Assembly: GCA_002633005.1 (NCBI GenBank)
Contig: NMRA01000866.1
Coordinates: forward strand, 45,388-109,387
Direction of reading: 5' to 3'
From: Phoronis australis
Taxonomy: Eukaryota; Animalia; Phoronida
Length of the DNA stretch: 64,000 nucleotides
The notes beneath the pieces were generated by a model, which was not told the DNA's origin, searched no databases, and was given only the letters and a program-made list of their open reading frames with translations. Both the position numbers and the translations under genes were made by a program. Below, piece by piece: positions 62,871-64,000 of the stretch. The stretch's first letter is position 1; each line of letters opens with the position of its first letter.

Positions 62871-63335
62871 TAGAAGCGGAGATCACCCGAAAACAAGTGA
62901 CCCAATCGAGACGAAAAAAAGGCACACGACAGGTTAGTGACTTTACGCGATGGCATGCAACATGACTCGCTTGCTCCCACCAACGAGGCGGTAAAAATCA
63001 CAGAATCAACGACGTGTTGGAAGAAAAATATAGAGTACTACGCGTATTGCTTTATTTAGAGCGGTATGAAAGAAATTGCTTGCCGCACAAATGTATATGA
63101 TGGTTAATGAGACATTTTAAACAATGTGTATAACAATGTAACTATTATAGAGCCGATCGTTCTCTGATTGAGACATCTTGGTTTTTAGAAATGAGCGCGG
63201 CTTAAGTTTACAACCACCTCGCAGAAGGTGACCATGAGAGAGCGGACGATCTTTTACGAAACTATGTTGGAGGGGTTCCCTTATGGTATTCTGATTCGGA
63301 TTCGTCTTTAGATTGAATTGAATTATTTTTCAGCC

Positions 63336-64000
63336 ATGAAAGAACACTGCAATATTTGTGGAAAGACGTTCCCTACCCCCCGAGGCCTGCAACGACATCA
63401 ACAAAGGGTTCACGGGGGAAGGCACGAGTGTCAATTTTGTGGTAGGACCTTCAGCCGAAGGGATAATTTCACAAGACACCGATGCGGTCAAAATCTGCAC
63501 GACGTCCCCCGACACGGCCCTCACCACGGCGCTACCTTCAGCGCGGCGTCGTCGCCAGGAAATAACGTCATCGCTGAAGATCCGATTGTACCACAAATCC
63601 CCGAAAACATCGATCCCAATATGGCTGCCGTCTATCGGGACAACTGGTCTGCCATACGTACTAGAGCAGCCGTGAGAAGAAGGCTGCAAGATATTTACAA
63701 CTTTAGATTGCAAGGGTTGAATCCCGAAAACCTACGAGAAGACCTGCTGAGGGTATTTAGACAACAGACTGTTGCATTCAAAATAAATTTTTCTTACGGA
63801 TTCATTTTGAGAAACCAAGAGGACAACGAATTCCGGTATTTCCACTCTAGTTTGAACAATAACGCGTTCATGGATGAGCCCCTTGTCGTGAGGCGAGAAC
63901 GAGATCTGGACGCGTTATTTTCCATTCTAGGGGACCTGGACGTTCTCGAATTGGTGAGACAACGACGACCCACGTCGAGGTGGATCGTTGAACTGGTTAC
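63336..64000 (+). CDS. Zinc-finger ORF, probable N-terminus of Maverick/Polinton protein-primed DNA polymerase B (partial)
   Basis: Stop-free from ATG 63336 to the window end (221 codons). CNICGKTF...LQRHQQRVH, CQFCGRTFSRRDNFTRH.C, then YRDNWSAIRT...YNF...FKINFSYGFILRN...RYFHSS.NN...D.LE..RQRRPTSRW. Confidence 0.75.
   Translation, partial: MKEHCNICGKTFPTPRGLQRHQQRVHGGRHECQFCGRTFSRRDNFTRHRCGQNLHDVPRHGPHHGATFSAASSPGNNVIAEDPIVPQIPENIDPNMAAVYRDNWSAIRTRAAVRRRLQDIYNFRLQGLNPENLREDLLRVFRQQTVAFKINFSYGFILRNQEDNEFRYFHSSLNNNAFMDEPLVVRRERDLDALFSILGDLDVLELVRQRRPTSRWIVELV

Noticed and set aside
63330-63713. Track ORFs 63330-63713 (-) and 63358-63675 (+)
   Set aside because: Alternative frames overlapping the real stop-free zinc-finger ORF that starts at 63336.

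Overview
Eukaryotic, AT-rich, intron-rich draft genomic DNA with N gaps and single-N contig joins. The gene and repeat content suggests a marine invertebrate, probably a lophotrochozoan or mollusc (inference). Most short ORFs in the track are spurious, so I rebuilt genes from splice sites. Host genes, all on the minus strand: (1) a type I acyl-CoA thioesterase (ACOT/BAAT family) with 6-7 exons that runs off the left edge; (2) a small, probably secreted protein with two TSP1 repeats; (3) a complete 5-exon, 583-aa serine beta-lactamase/PBP-fold protein with a signal peptide, SxxK/YxN/HxG motifs and a GPI-like tail; (4) a two-exon uncoupling protein (UCP/SLC25) pseudogene. At the right edge is a stop-free ORF missing from the track, with two zinc fingers and motifs I recognise from the N-terminus of Maverick/Polinton protein-primed PolB. 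The rest is mostly DNA transposons. These include at least four TTAA-targeting, Kolobok-type families (three with THAP remnants), a nested TE cluster just upstream of ACOT, 5-bp-TSD MITEs, a 9-10-bp-TSD MULE-like element and a Harbinger-like MITE inside a tRNA-derived SINE. There is also a LINE 3' end, several foldbacks, and an inverted pair of Penelope-type minimal hammerhead ribozyme motifs. All family assignments come from motif recognition, not database searches.
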